Below are positions 27,733 through 37,912 of a stretch of 64,000 bases of DNA, piece by piece. The DNA is from Candidatus Hydrogenedentota bacterium (GTDB taxonomy: Bacteria > Hydrogenedentota > Hydrogenedentia > Hydrogenedentales > JAJRTN01): positions 21,030-85,029 of the forward strand of contig JAJRTN010000039.1 in NCBI GenBank assembly GCA_024278275.1, written 5' to 3'. The position numbers and the translations under genes were made by a program. The notes below the pieces were generated by a model. The model was not told where the DNA came from. It did no database searches and was given only the letters and a program-made list of their open reading frames with translations. Numbering within the stretch: position 1 is the first letter of the stretch; each line of letters starts with the position of its first letter.

Positions 27733-29028
27733 CTACATCCGGCGGTGCCCCATCCGGGAGGCCACCCCCAGGGCGATCACCAGCGCAATGCAGGAAAGGG
27801 CGAAGGTGGCGGCGTAGGAGGTGAGCGTCACCAGGCCGCCGGCAAGGGTGGGAAACAAGACCAGGGGAGCGCTGAGTGTATTCATCATGGCCATGTAGAG
27901 AGGCCGTTTTTCCGAGGGGGCCATGGACATGAGGTAAACCATGTTGGCCATGTCCGTCCCGCAACGACCGCCGGTATAAAGCGCCAGCAGGATCAGGCAT
28001 ACCCAGAGGTAATGGGCGCTGATCCAGTCCCGGGTGCCGTCGGATTCCGCAAGCACGGCCATGGCAAGCATGGAAAGCGGCGTCAGCACGAGGAGCGCCG
28101 TGGCCACGCGGAAGGTCCACACTTCGCCAAAGCGTTTCGAGATGCGCCCCCACACCATGCTCGACAAGCCACTGGCGAGGGCCATGGCCGCGGCGAAGAG
28201 TCCGGTGGTTTTTACATGCGCGTCAAACACGTCCATCACGAAAGGAACCAGCAGGATCTGCGACATGAGACCCAGGCTGTGGAAAAGGCGAAAAAGGTAG
28301 AGCAGGCGGAAGTCACGATCCTCCCGAAACAGGGCAAAGCCGCCCCGTAGAAAGTCTCTGAAAGGCCGCGGCCTGCGTTCTACCGGTTCGATGGGTTCAC
28401 GGATTTGGAGGAAGGCATGGTACGCCAGGCTCATCCCCACCAGGCCGCCACCGACCAGCACGGCGTAGTTGTAAGGGTAGGCCACGGACGAGTCGTCGGC
28501 CAGCACCCGGGCGGCAAGGAGGCCCGCGAGAAACCCCAGCAAGCCGCCCAGCAGTCGTCGCCAGGCGAAGACCATGGAACGATGATCGGCGGGAATGGCC
28601 TTGGCCACGATGTCCATGAAGGGGATGGAGCACACGCCGCCCGCGCTGGACATGACGATGGCGCAGACCAGTATGGCGGCGTAAAGCGTGCGCGGCATGG
28701 CGGACAGGAAAAGGATGGCGGCCAGCATGACCACCATCGCGCCCAGGCGCACCGAGACGGTGGCGCGGTAAATGGGCATCTTCCGCTCACGGCACTCGAT
28801 GCGGTTGCCCACCAGCATCTGCGGCCACAGCCAGCCGATGCTGGCTCCCGTGACCAGGAGTCCCACGCAGAGGGTGGAGCCGGTGAGGTCGTAGGCCAGG
28901 CCCGCGAGGATCGAATCGAAGGCAATGAAGGTGAACCCCATCATCACCAGCGACCCGTTGGCCACCGTGAGCCGGTAGTTGCGTCGTTGCTCGCCCGTCA
29001 GCGGCGCGTATGTTGACCGCGCCGTCAT
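27733..29028 (-). CDS. MFS-type transporter
   Basis: About 12 hydrophobic segments; WGRISKRFG loop motif. Confidence 0.85.
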   Translation of the reverse strand: MTARSTYAPLTGEQRRNYRLTVANGSLVMMGFTFIAFDSILAGLAYDLTGSTLCVGLLVTGASIGWLWPQMLVGNRIECRERKMPIYRATVSVRLGAMVVMLAAILFLSAMPRTLYAAILVCAIVMSSAGGVCSIPFMDIVAKAIPADHRSMVFAWRRLLGGLLGFLAGLLAARVLADDSSVAYPYNYAVLVGGGLVGMSLAYHAFLQIREPIEPVERRPRPFRDFLRGGFALFREDRDFRLLYLFRLFHSLGLMSQILLVPFVMDVFDAHVKTTGLFAAAMALASGLSSMVWGRISKRFGEVWTFRVATALLVLTPLSMLAMAVLAESDGTRDWISAHYLWVCLILLALYTGGRCGTDMANMVYLMSMAPSEKRPLYMAMMNTLSAPLVLFPTLAGGLVTLTSYAATFALSCIALVIALGVASRMGHRRM

Positions 29029-29669
29029 GCGACCCCGTTCAGGAGATAATCGGCCACCGGCCCCAAATCATCGAAAACGGCCTCCGGTGAAAGGGCTTCG
29101 AGTTCTGGTCGGGCCAGGTAGCCCGTGGCCACGGCGATGCAACGCACCCCCGCCGCGCGGGCCGCTTTCACGTCGAAATCCATGTCGCCCACGAAAACCG
29201 TTTCCTCCGCCCTCACGCCAAGGGCCTTCATCGAAACATACAGCGCTTCCGGGTCAGGCTTCGGGTTTGTCACCTCGTCCGGGCCAACGCGGGACTCGAA
29301 GTAGTCCAGCACGCCCAGGTGTTCGAGCAGCATCTCCGACATAGCCCGCTTCTTCGAAGTGGCGAAACCGATCTTCAGGCCCGCCTCATGAATGGCCGAG
29401 AGCGTGGATTCGACCCGGGGAAGAAGAAAGGTCTTTTCGCAGGCGTGTTCGCGGTAATGTTCCTGGTAGAGGGGCACCAGGGCCGTGGCGTCGCGGCCCA
29501 GAACCTTGCTCAAGTGGTCCACCAGGGTAAAGCCGACAAGGTCCACGATGCGCTTTCGCGTCGGACGGGGCGCGCCCACCGCTTCGAAGGCGTGTATGCA
29601 CGACGCCACGATAGCATCCGTAGAATCGATAATGGTGCCGTCCAGGTCGAATACAACTGCTTTCAGCAT
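29025..29669 (-). CDS. HAD-family phosphatase (PGP/PPase-like)
   Basis: FDLDGTIID, KPDPE and VGDMDFD motifs. Confidence 0.93.
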   Translation of the reverse strand: MLKAVVFDLDGTIIDSTDAIVASCIHAFEAVGAPRPTRKRIVDLVGFTLVDHLSKVLGRDATALVPLYQEHYREHACEKTFLLPRVESTLSAIHEAGLKIGFATSKKRAMSEMLLEHLGVLDYFESRVGPDEVTNPKPDPEALYVSMKALGVRAEETVFVGDMDFDVKAARAAGVRCIAVATGYLARPELEALSPEAVFDDLGPVADYLLNGVA

Positions 29670-29689
29670 GGGGTCCCCGATGGTTCTTT

Positions 29690-29745
29690 CTCATTCCCAC
29701 GTTCCCCCGTGGGAATGCCTGTTCCCGCCTTCGCGGAAATGACGG
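29690..29745 (+). repeat. Composite repeat: family B hairpin fused to a family A arm
   Basis: ctcattcccacgttcccccgtgggaatgcctg followed directly by ttcccgccttcgcggaaatgacgg. Confidence 0.7.
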
Positions 29746-29815
29746 TTGAGAGGTGTTGCCCGGGGTTCTCCTGTCCGGCAAGCCCCGTGCCGAAACACCG
29801 GGCAACCATCCTGCC

Positions 29816-30430
29816 TCAACGCACCCGAACAATACGCCCTTCCACACGCAACCGTCCTTCCGCGAAAAGTTGAATGGCCTTGGGAAAGATTTCGCGTTCC
29901 TTTGCCTGCACCCGTTCCGCCAGGGTGTCCGGCGTGTCCCCCTCAAGTACGGGCACCGATGCCTGCATGACAATCGGGCCGCTGTCGTATTCTTCATCAA
30001 CGAAATGGACCGTGGCGCCGCTCAGCTTCGCGCCATAGGCCAAAACGGCCTCATGTACGTGGTGGCCATACATGCCCTTGCCGCAGAACGCGGGGATCAG
30101 CGCCGGGTGTACATTCATGATGCGGTGGCGGAAATCCTCGGGCACGGTGAGGAGGGACATGAAACCCGCCAGCACCACCAGGCCGGGCGAATACTTGCGC
30201 ACTTCGTTCCACAGCGCGGCGTTGAAGGCCGCGTTGTCGGGGTAGTTCCGGGGAATGACGGCGATGGCGGGGATATGGTGGTTCCGCGCCCGTTCGAGGC
30301 CGAAAGCCTTTTCCCGCGATCCGATGACACACGCGACCTCCGCCGCCAGGTCGCCCGCCTGAATGTGATCGATGAGATTCTGCAAGGTGGTTCCGCCGCC
30401 CGATAGCAGCACGGCCATGCGTAGCGCCAT
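29816..30430 (-). CDS. purN: Phosphoribosylglycinamide formyltransferase
   Basis: LSGGGTTL, LAGFM, NVHPALIP, GATVHFV and YDSGPI. Confidence 0.97.
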   Translation of the reverse strand: MALRMAVLLSGGGTTLQNLIDHIQAGDLAAEVACVIGSREKAFGLERARNHHIPAIAVIPRNYPDNAAFNAALWNEVRKYSPGLVVLAGFMSLLTVPEDFRHRIMNVHPALIPAFCGKGMYGHHVHEAVLAYGAKLSGATVHFVDEEYDSGPIVMQASVPVLEGDTPDTLAERVQAKEREIFPKAIQLFAEGRLRVEGRIVRVR

Positions 30431-30465
30431 GGTTGATTTCCTTCGCGTTTTATGGTTTCCTCGCG

Positions 30466-30510
30466 CTCATTCCCACGGCCCCCGCGGGGATGCGTGTCGC
30501 AGACGTCCCG
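30466..30510 (+). repeat. Family B REP-like element
   Basis: ctcattcccacggcccccgcggggatgcgtgtcgcagacgtcccg aligns with 39304-39350. Confidence 0.7.
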
Positions 30511-30541
30511 CCTGCATCCTACCAAATACCGGGCCGGACGT

Positions 30542-30724
30542 TCACAGGAGCCGAAGCACCAGTACCGCCACGAAGGCCGCCACCGTCGCAACAATCCAGA
30601 AGGTCCGGCAGGGCCAGCAAACCCGGGCCGCCTCGGCCGCGCCCAGGAAATGGTAGCACTCGGGACAGGCCCGCGAAGTCGCGGGGATCTCCTGCCCGCA
30701 CTTGGGACAGCGCATCATCTCCAT
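30542..30724 (-). CDS. Small zinc-ribbon membrane protein
   Basis: CPKC...CPEC followed by a C-terminal TM; lies between dapF and purN. Confidence 0.6.
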   Translation of the reverse strand: MEMMRCPKCGQEIPATSRACPECYHFLGAAEAARVCWPCRTFWIVATVAAFVAVLVLRLL

Positions 30725-30730
30725 GCAATG

Positions 30731-31573
30731 CTATTCCTCCGTGGGCCATTCACCGGTGAACACCTCCGTCGCGGGTCCTTCCTGGTATACGCACCCGTCC
30801 TCCGCCCATTCAATGGTGAGCACGCCGAAGGCGAGATGAACGTTTACACGCCGGACGGTGCGATCCGTGATCATGGACGCAAGCGCCGCGCCGCAGGATC
30901 CGCTGCCGCTGGCCATGGTAATGCCACTGCCCCGTTCCCAGATCCGCATGACGATGTTTTCACGATCCATGACGCTCACCCACTCCACGTTCGTCCGCCG
31001 GGGGAAGCTGGGGTGGTTTTCCACCTTGGGACCGAGGGTGGCGAGGTCCACCCGGGTGGCGTCCTCGACAAAGATCACCGCGTGGGGGTTGCCGATGTTG
31101 GCGCAGGTCACCCGCACCGTGCGGTCGTCCAGTTCCAGCGTTTCCTCCAGCACCCGGCCCTCCGGACCGATCATGGGAATCTCCCCCCGCTCGAAGCGGG
31201 GCTTGCCCATGTTCGACCGCACCGTGACGACCCGTCCGTCTTCCACCCGCAATTCCACGGTGTTCGGTCCGGCCAGGGTGTCGATGACAAAGCGGGTCCT
31301 GTCCGTCATGCCGCGCTCGTAGACATACTTGGCAAAACAGCGGATGCCATTGCCGCAGGTTTCCGCCTCGCTGCCATCGGCATTGAAGATACGCATGGCG
31401 AAATCATGGGTATCGCTCGGCAGGACCAGGATGATTCCATCCGACCCGGCGCCGAGATGGCGGTGGCTCATGCGGCGTGACAATTCGGCCGGGTCGACGA
31501 CGGGATACTTCGCGCCGTCGATAAAGTGGTAGTCGTTGCCCAGCCCGTGCATCTTGGTAAAAACGATGCCCAT
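30731..31573 (-). CDS. dapF: Diaminopimelate epimerase
   Basis: KMHGLGND, NADGSEAETCGNG, GNPH, NVE and WERGSG. Confidence 0.96.
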   Translation of the reverse strand: MGIVFTKMHGLGNDYHFIDGAKYPVVDPAELSRRMSHRHLGAGSDGIILVLPSDTHDFAMRIFNADGSEAETCGNGIRCFAKYVYERGMTDRTRFVIDTLAGPNTVELRVEDGRVVTVRSNMGKPRFERGEIPMIGPEGRVLEETLELDDRTVRVTCANIGNPHAVIFVEDATRVDLATLGPKVENHPSFPRRTNVEWVSVMDRENIVMRIWERGSGITMASGSGSCGAALASMITDRTVRRVNVHLAFGVLTIEWAEDGCVYQEGPATEVFTGEWPTEE

Positions 31574-32592
31574 CAGGTGTTTCCTTTCTTGTGTCGCGCC
31601 CGGCGCAGGGCGTCTTCCACCAGCAACCCGGCCAAGTCGCCGTAGGAGATCCCCGCGGCGGCCGCCGCCTGCGGGAACAAGGAGGTCGGCGTGAGACCGG
31701 GAATCGTGTTCACCTCGATCCAGACCGGACCCTCCGGCCCCAGGAGGAAGTCACTTCGGCTCCACCCCGTGCATCCCACGATTTCATGCGCATGGGCGGC
31801 CATCTCGGACACCTGGTCGGCCACCTCGGGCTCCAGGTCCGCCGGGGTAATCTCCTTGCAGGCCCCTGCCGTGTACTTCGCCTCGAAGTCGAAGAAAGAT
31901 CCCGGCCTGGGACGAATTTCCGTAATCGGCAATGGCCGGAGCAGGCCGCCGGAATCGGCGTCGAGCACCGCGCAGGTCAGCTCGCGCCCCGCGATGTACT
32001 GCTCCACCATCACGTAGTCGTCCGTGTCGAAGGCGGCGTTCATGGCCCCGTCGAAGTCCGCCGCGTTCCCGGCGATGGCGATGCCAAAGCTCGACCCCTG
32101 GGCGGAAGGCTTCACCACGCAGGGGAAGCCTAAATCCTCGCTCACGGCCCGGCGCACCGTGTCCGCCGATACGGCCCAAGTAGGCCGGTCGAGCGCCACA
32201 TGGCCCGCCACGCGGATGCCCTGCGCCTCGACCACGGCCTTGCAGCGTACCTTGTCCATGGCCAGGGCGCTCGCGGCACAGCCCGAGCCCGTGTAAGGCA
32301 GGCCCAGCAGGTCGAGCAATCCCTGAATACGGCCGTCCTCGCCAAAAGTGCCGTGGAGCGCAAGAAAAACGGCATCCACGCCAAGGGCCGATAACTGTTG
32401 CACCGCGTCCGCGAGAGGAACCGGGGCCGCGCCCTCGAAAGACCATAGCCCCGCGCGCGATATCACCACGGGTGTTACCACGAAGGACGCTCCGTCCAGC
32501 GCTTCGACCACGCCCCGCCCCGACTTCAGCGAAACGTCATGCTCCAGGCTCGGTCCACCCATGAGCACGGCGATGTGGGTCTTGGTGGTCAT
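31573..32592 (-). CDS. ddl: D-alanine-D-alanine ligase
   Basis: GGPSLEHDVS, LHGTFGEDG, GSSFG, DFEAKY and EVNTIPG. Confidence 0.96.
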   Translation of the reverse strand: MTTKTHIAVLMGGPSLEHDVSLKSGRGVVEALDGASFVVTPVVISRAGLWSFEGAAPVPLADAVQQLSALGVDAVFLALHGTFGEDGRIQGLLDLLGLPYTGSGCAASALAMDKVRCKAVVEAQGIRVAGHVALDRPTWAVSADTVRRAVSEDLGFPCVVKPSAQGSSFGIAIAGNAADFDGAMNAAFDTDDYVMVEQYIAGRELTCAVLDADSGGLLRPLPITEIRPRPGSFFDFEAKYTAGACKEITPADLEPEVADQVSEMAAHAHEIVGCTGWSRSDFLLGPEGPVWIEVNTIPGLTPTSLFPQAAAAAGISYGDLAGLLVEDALRRARHKKGNT

Positions 32593-32793
32593 GTTCTTCC
32601 CCTTCCCGGGAGGGCACAAAGATGCCTGTCCCGCATTGGGTCCCAACCTTTCCTGGACCGCCCGAAAACGGGAAAGACGGTAATGGATCAGGGCGGGGGA
32701 GATTATACGGCACGCGCCATCCCTGCCGCCACGGGATGTGCTACGATAGACTCGTTTCGCATGGGAGTTGCGAAAAAACGAGGTGTGCCCGCC

Positions 32794-33603
32794 ATGAATA
32801 CGTACAAAATTGCTTTGTCATGCCTGCTTTTGGCGGGGCTGACCGGATGTGTAACCCCCGCCGGTCAACCGTCGAAGGCCGCCCCGGACCGTGCCGGGAA
32901 AACCGCGGCCGTCGTCCCCATGGAGCCCGGGAATGCCGAAACGCAATACCACCACGGCAATGAACTTTTCGACGCGGGCCGCTATGCGGAGGCGGCGGCG
33001 GCCTATAAGACCGCGACCCGGCTCAAGCCGGACTATGCCGATGCTTTCACCAACCTGGGCCTTTCCCTGCGGCGGTTGGAGCGTTTTGAAGAAGCGAACG
33101 CGGCCTATGAACGCGCCCTGGCGCTTCAACCCGGCGACGTAACCACGTTGCGCAACCGGAAAGCCCTGGCGGAGGTGACGAACGATAAGGCACGCTATGC
33201 CGATTGCGTGCGGCGTCTGGCCGCGCTGCTGCCCGACGATCCCGTTGCCTTGCGGGATATGGCGGACCTGCTCCTGGCCGAGGAAAAGTACGCGCGTGCC
33301 GCTGAAGGCTATGAGCGGCTGGTCCTTGCCGGGGCCACCGACGCGGACCTTTTCTACAACCTGGGCCTATGCCATCTCCGTCTCAACCATTTTGAGGCCG
33401 CGGAGGCCGCCTGGAAGAAAGCGCTCCATGCCGACGCCCGCCATGCGGCTTCAAGCCGTGGCCTCGCGGTGCTCTACTGGACCACCGGCGATTACACGCA
33501 GGCCTGGGCCATGGTGTCCCAATGCCGCCGCCTTGATATCCGTGTTGATCCTGATTTTCTGGATATTCTCCGCCGGGATTCAGGGAAGAAGACGGCCCTG
33601 TAA
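32794..33603 (+). CDS. TPR-repeat lipoprotein
   Basis: LAGLTGC lipobox and several TPR repeats. Confidence 0.85.
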   Translation: MNTYKIALSCLLLAGLTGCVTPAGQPSKAAPDRAGKTAAVVPMEPGNAETQYHHGNELFDAGRYAEAAAAYKTATRLKPDYADAFTNLGLSLRRLERFEEANAAYERALALQPGDVTTLRNRKALAEVTNDKARYADCVRRLAALLPDDPVALRDMADLLLAEEKYARAAEGYERLVLAGATDADLFYNLGLCHLRLNHFEAAEAAWKKALHADARHAASSRGLAVLYWTTGDYTQAWAMVSQCRRLDIRVDPDFLDILRRDSGKKTAL

Positions 33604-33722
33604 GGGCACTGCCAAATTGACACGAAACAGCTCCTTCTTTCGGGTGTATACTGTGAATGTAAGTGTTACGGCGGCGGCCACCTCGTGGTTGCTCCTGAAA
33701 CAGCGAAAGAGGAGTCCCTGTC

Positions 33723-36509
33723 ATGCGTAGATTCCTGTTACTGCCCATCGTTGTGCTTCTGATCCTGGGGATCGCGGGTTGCCCGTGGCTTCCCCTGCCC
33801 AATCGACAGTTTACTTCAGCGGACCGCTTTGGCGGACGCAATGTTGGTGTTTTTGGTGATGCCGGGAGCGAAGGGGAAGGCGAGGTTGAAGGTGACGCGC
33901 CCGCCGCGGCCCAGCGCGACGTGGTCGAACCGGACGTTATTCGTCAGGATGGCGACCTCCTGTATGTACTCAACCAGTATCGCGGGTTATCCATTGTCGA
34001 CCTGGCCGGTGAATCCGTTCTTGCCCAGTTGCCCACTTTTGGCTATCCCCGCGATCTCTACCTGGTGGATTCCCGGGCTTATGTGCTCGTGGGCTATGCC
34101 CGGCAGGCGGTGGTCGAAGGAAACGTCGTGCGCGTCGACGTGGGTTCCCGGCTCTACGTGGCCGATGTATCCGACCCGGCCAACGCTTCGGTGGTGGCCT
34201 CCTTCGATCTGGAGGGCGACCTCATCGACAGCCGCCTGGTGGGCGACGTGCTCTATGCCGTGGGCGCGCGCTATTCCTGGGCCATTGAAGGCGACGTGGT
34301 GATGAAGGAGCAAACCAGCGAATCCTGGGTCACCAGCATTGCCGTGGGCGACCCGGAAAACATCGCGGTGGTGGACAGCCTTGGTATTCCGGGCATAGGC
34401 AATACCATCCAGGTAAGCTCGGAAGCCATTTTCGTGGCCTCGGCCGACTGGTACAGCGACAATGGCGACGTGACCACGATTTCCTATATCGACATCAGCG
34501 ATCCGTCGGGAATCATTGCCACGGGAGGCAGCGTGAACGTGCCGGGCTACATCGCCGACCGTTTCAAGCTGGATGCGTGGAACGGCGTGCTTCGGGTGGT
34601 GTCGAACACCCGTTGGCCCAGCCGGGAAGTTTACGTCACCACGGTGGACCTCGCCGACCCGCAACATCTGGCCATCCTCGGACAAACCGCCCTGGAAAGC
34701 GCTTCGGGGGAAGCCCTCTTCGCGGTGCGTTTTGACGGCCCGCGGGCCTACGTGGTGACTTACCTGGTGGTTGATCCCCTGTTTATCATCGACCTCGCCG
34801 ATCCGGCGCACCCCAACGTGGCGGGTGAATTGATGGTGCCGGGCTGGTCCACCCATATCGAGATCGTCCATGGCCGGCTCGTGGCCTTGGGCGTGGATGA
34901 CACGGACGGGCGTCAGGTAAAGGTCAGTCTTTACGACGTGGACGATCCGCAAGCGCCCGCCGAGGTGGACACGGTGAGCTTTGGCAGTGGCTGGGCCTGG
35001 TCGTCGGCCTTCTCCGACGTGAAGGCTTTCACGGTACTCGACGACATGCTCATCGTGCCGACCAGCGGCTGGGAGGAGGCAACGGGTCGTTTCGACCGGC
35101 TCCAGTTCATCTCCTATGACCCCGGTCACCTGGCGCTCCGGGGCACGGTGGACGTGCAGGGCGACATCCTTCGCTCGTTCCGTCACGGGGACCAGTACTA
35201 CGGCGTCACCACCGAGCAGGTGGCGGTCATTGACGCGGCGGACCCGGACGCACCGAGCGTGGTGAACACCATCACCCTCGCCGAGTACCTGTATGACTAC
35301 TTTGAACTGAGCGACACGACGAACGCGGCGGTCGTGGCCAGAACCGAACGGAACGAGGTGGCCGTCCGCACGGAAACCGCCGGAGGCGATATGCTGGGCG
35401 AAATCACGGTTCACCTCGCCGGCATCATCGCCGCCGAGGCGACAGCGGATCGCGTGGCGCTGGTGGGGACGAACTGGGATGCCGAAACCTACGAAAGCAC
35501 CTATCGCGTGGTGATTGTCGATGTCAGCGATCCCGCGGCACCTGCGGTGCTGGCGGACCTGAGTTCCAATGTTGCCCCATGGTGGAACTACTGGTGGGGA
35601 TGCTACGACTGCTGGGGACCCGAGGTGGACGTGGGCATGGGCATGGAGGAAAGAACCAAGCAGTTTGCCGACATGTTCTACATGCCGTGGTTCGGTGGGG
35701 AGGACAGCGCCCTGCTGGCCGGGGATTACCTGGTGCTGCGCGGCCAGGCCGACAGCTACGACGTGACCTTCGGCGACGGGCGGCCCGAGCAGGGGCTGCT
35801 GGTCGTGGACCTGGCATCGGGCGCGATCACCCACACCATCGGCCTGGGCTTCGAACAGGTCATCAGCGTGAATACGGCGGGCGGCAGGATTTACCTGGGC
35901 ACGAAGGAAACGCTCGGGGTTGACGTGGACCCCCGTCCTCAATGCGCCCTGTACATCAGCGAACTGGACCTGGACGGACCGTCCCTGGGCGTTGCCGCCA
36001 ACGTACCCGGCACCTTTGTCCAGTATGCCCCCGAAACGGGCGTGTTGCTCCTGCAGGACTGGCAGTATGACGGCGGATTCATGGAATGGAACGTCACGCA
36101 GAGTCTTCGTACCGTCATCTGGGAAGGGGGTGATACGGAGACGGTGATGGCGGTGGACGAATACGTTCTGCCCGATTACGCCGGATCCATTGTGGGCGCC
36201 GGCAGCCGGGCCTATTACCAGTACTACGACGGCGGCTCCATTGTCGCATCGATCCGGGTGAGTCCCATGGGGCTCCTCTCCGATGGCGGCAGTCTTCCGG
36301 CCAATCCGTCGGGGGGCTATCTGCTGGCGGCCAAGGAAAGCACGGCCTTCCTCTCCATGGGTAACGCCATCGCCACCTATGATTTCACGGCGACACCGAC
36401 GCTCACCGATCTGACCGAAACCATGGGCTGGCCGTCCCACGTGCGTTTCGGCACCCATACCGCCTATGCCCCCCTGGGCTACGCGGGCCTTGCAACGTTG
36501 CCCTACTGA
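33723..36509 (+). CDS. Large beta-propeller domain lipoprotein
   Basis: IAGC lipobox, VVEPDVI, AVRFDGPRAYVVTY..VDPL and PGWSTH motifs; acidic; EGEGE stretch. Confidence 0.85.
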   Translation: MRRFLLLPIVVLLILGIAGCPWLPLPNRQFTSADRFGGRNVGVFGDAGSEGEGEVEGDAPAAAQRDVVEPDVIRQDGDLLYVLNQYRGLSIVDLAGESVLAQLPTFGYPRDLYLVDSRAYVLVGYARQAVVEGNVVRVDVGSRLYVADVSDPANASVVASFDLEGDLIDSRLVGDVLYAVGARYSWAIEGDVVMKEQTSESWVTSIAVGDPENIAVVDSLGIPGIGNTIQVSSEAIFVASADWYSDNGDVTTISYIDISDPSGIIATGGSVNVPGYIADRFKLDAWNGVLRVVSNTRWPSREVYVTTVDLADPQHLAILGQTALESASGEALFAVRFDGPRAYVVTYLVVDPLFIIDLADPAHPNVAGELMVPGWSTHIEIVHGRLVALGVDDTDGRQVKVSLYDVDDPQAPAEVDTVSFGSGWAWSSAFSDVKAFTVLDDMLIVPTSGWEEATGRFDRLQFISYDPGHLALRGTVDVQGDILRSFRHGDQYYGVTTEQVAVIDAADPDAPSVVNTITLAEYLYDYFELSDTTNAAVVARTERNEVAVRTETAGGDMLGEITVHLAGIIAAEATADRVALVGTNWDAETYESTYRVVIVDVSDPAAPAVLADLSSNVAPWWNYWWGCYDCWGPEVDVGMGMEERTKQFADMFYMPWFGGEDSALLAGDYLVLRGQADSYDVTFGDGRPEQGLLVVDLASGAITHTIGLGFEQVISVNTAGGRIYLGTKETLGVDVDPRPQCALYISELDLDGPSLGVAANVPGTFVQYAPETGVLLLQDWQYDGGFMEWNVTQSLRTVIWEGGDTETVMAVDEYVLPDYAGSIVGAGSRAYYQYYDGGSIVASIRVSPMGLLSDGGSLPANPSGGYLLAAKESTAFLSMGNAIATYDFTATPTLTDLTETMGWPSHVRFGTHTAYAPLGYAGLATLPY

Positions 36510-36626
36510 GGGATGATCCCAACCTGGATTCCACCCCGCCGGGCTTGCCTATCCGTGCCCGGCGGGGTATCCTTGTCGGCACGGTTCACAGACATAAAAC
36601 CGCCACCAAAACGGGAGCAACAGGCC

Positions 36627-37706
36627 ATGGCCTACGAAATGGCAGAACTCATGCGGGGCGCGCTTGAACGAAACGCCTCGGATATTCATTTGAAGGTTGG
36701 AAATCCGGCCATCTATCGTATCGACGGCGAGCTGGTACGGCTCGAAGGCGAGACGCTGACGGCGGAAATGCTCAACGAACTCATGGAGAAGCTGGCCAGT
36801 CCGTCCGACATCATGAAGTTTCAAAAGGTCATGGAGCTGGACAACTCCTACATGTTCGAGGGCGTCGCCCGTTTCCGGGTCAACATCTGCAAGGACGACG
36901 GCGACACACGCATTGTCATGCGACTCATCCCCCTGGAGATAAAGAACCTGGAAGAACTCAAACTCCCCCCCGTACTCCGCAAGCTCTGTCCGTTGAAGAA
37001 CGGGTTGGTACTCGTCACCGGTCCGACCGGCAGCGGAAAATCCACCACCCTGGCCGCGTTGATTGACGAGATCAACCGGACCCGGCCCGTGCATATTGTC
37101 ACCGTCGAGGATCCGCTCGAATTCGTACACCGGGACAAGAAAGCCATCGTGACCCAGCGCGAGGTGGGTCACGACACCTTGTCCTTCGCCAACGCGCTGC
37201 GCGGCGCGTTGCGACAGGACCCTGATGTTATTCTCATCGGTGAGATGCGCGACGCCGAAACGGTCAGAACCGCCCTTGCTTCAGCGGAAACGGGGCACCT
37301 GGTTTTCTCCACCCTCCACACGGTGGACGCCGTGGAGACCCTGAACCGCATTCTCGACTTTTTCGAGCCCCACCAGCAATTACAGATTCGGAAGCAAATG
37401 GCAAGCGTGTTGCGGGGCGTCATCTCGCAGCGCATCGTGCCGTTGGCCGCGGGCGAGGGCCGGGCTGTGGCCGCCGAAATCCTGATCGGCACGCGAACGG
37501 TTCGGGATTTCATTGAGAAGGGCAAAGCCTTCAAGGATATCGTGGCCCTTATCGAAGACGGAAAAGATCAGTACGGTATGCAGACCTTCGACCAGGCCCT
37601 CTTCGATCTCTACCGCACCAAGCTCATCTCGGCCCAAACCGCCCTGCAAAACGCCACCAGCGCAAAGGACCTCAAACTGCGCATGCAGGGCATGAGCGCC
37701 AGTTAG
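36627..37706 (+). CDS. pilT: PilT/PilU-family ATPase (copy 3, orphan)
   Basis: [20 protein letters not shown] and GMQTFDQ; the AIRNLIRE motif is replaced by TVRDFIEK. Confidence 0.88.
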   Translation: MAYEMAELMRGALERNASDIHLKVGNPAIYRIDGELVRLEGETLTAEMLNELMEKLASPSDIMKFQKVMELDNSYMFEGVARFRVNICKDDGDTRIVMRLIPLEIKNLEELKLPPVLRKLCPLKNGLVLVTGPTGSGKSTTLAALIDEINRTRPVHIVTVEDPLEFVHRDKKAIVTQREVGHDTLSFANALRGALRQDPDVILIGEMRDAETVRTALASAETGHLVFSTLHTVDAVETLNRILDFFEPHQQLQIRKQMASVLRGVISQRIVPLAAGEGRAVAAEILIGTRTVRDFIEKGKAFKDIVALIEDGKDQYGMQTFDQALFDLYRTKLISAQTALQNATSAKDLKLRMQGMSAS

Positions 37707-37912
37707 TGTCTTCCACGCAAAAGGCCCTGACCCGGCTATGCCGGGTTGGGGAAAGTCCCCGTGGAGCGGTGTCCACCAGGGGCGGCTACGCTGAAAACAG
37801 GCTTAACCCGAATACACCACTTTTGTGTATACCGCGGGTTTTGCGCGGAACCTGTCCCTACGGTATCCTGTCTATTCCATCCAGGCTGCATTCGATCCAG
37901 GGAGTCCTGTCC

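Noticed and set aside
30731..31573. DapF second catalytic motif reads TMASGSGSC instead of T.ACGTG
   Set aside because: Ser variants at this position occur in DapF homologues as I recall, and all other motifs are intact, so it was not treated as a pseudogene or a novelty.
33987..36458. 823-aa antisense ORF, and similar long shadow ORFs such as 3287-5050, 15680-17518, 45898-47646 and 37736-39217
   Set aside because: They lie opposite well-supported genes and have no motifs. Such ORFs are expected from high-GC codon bias.
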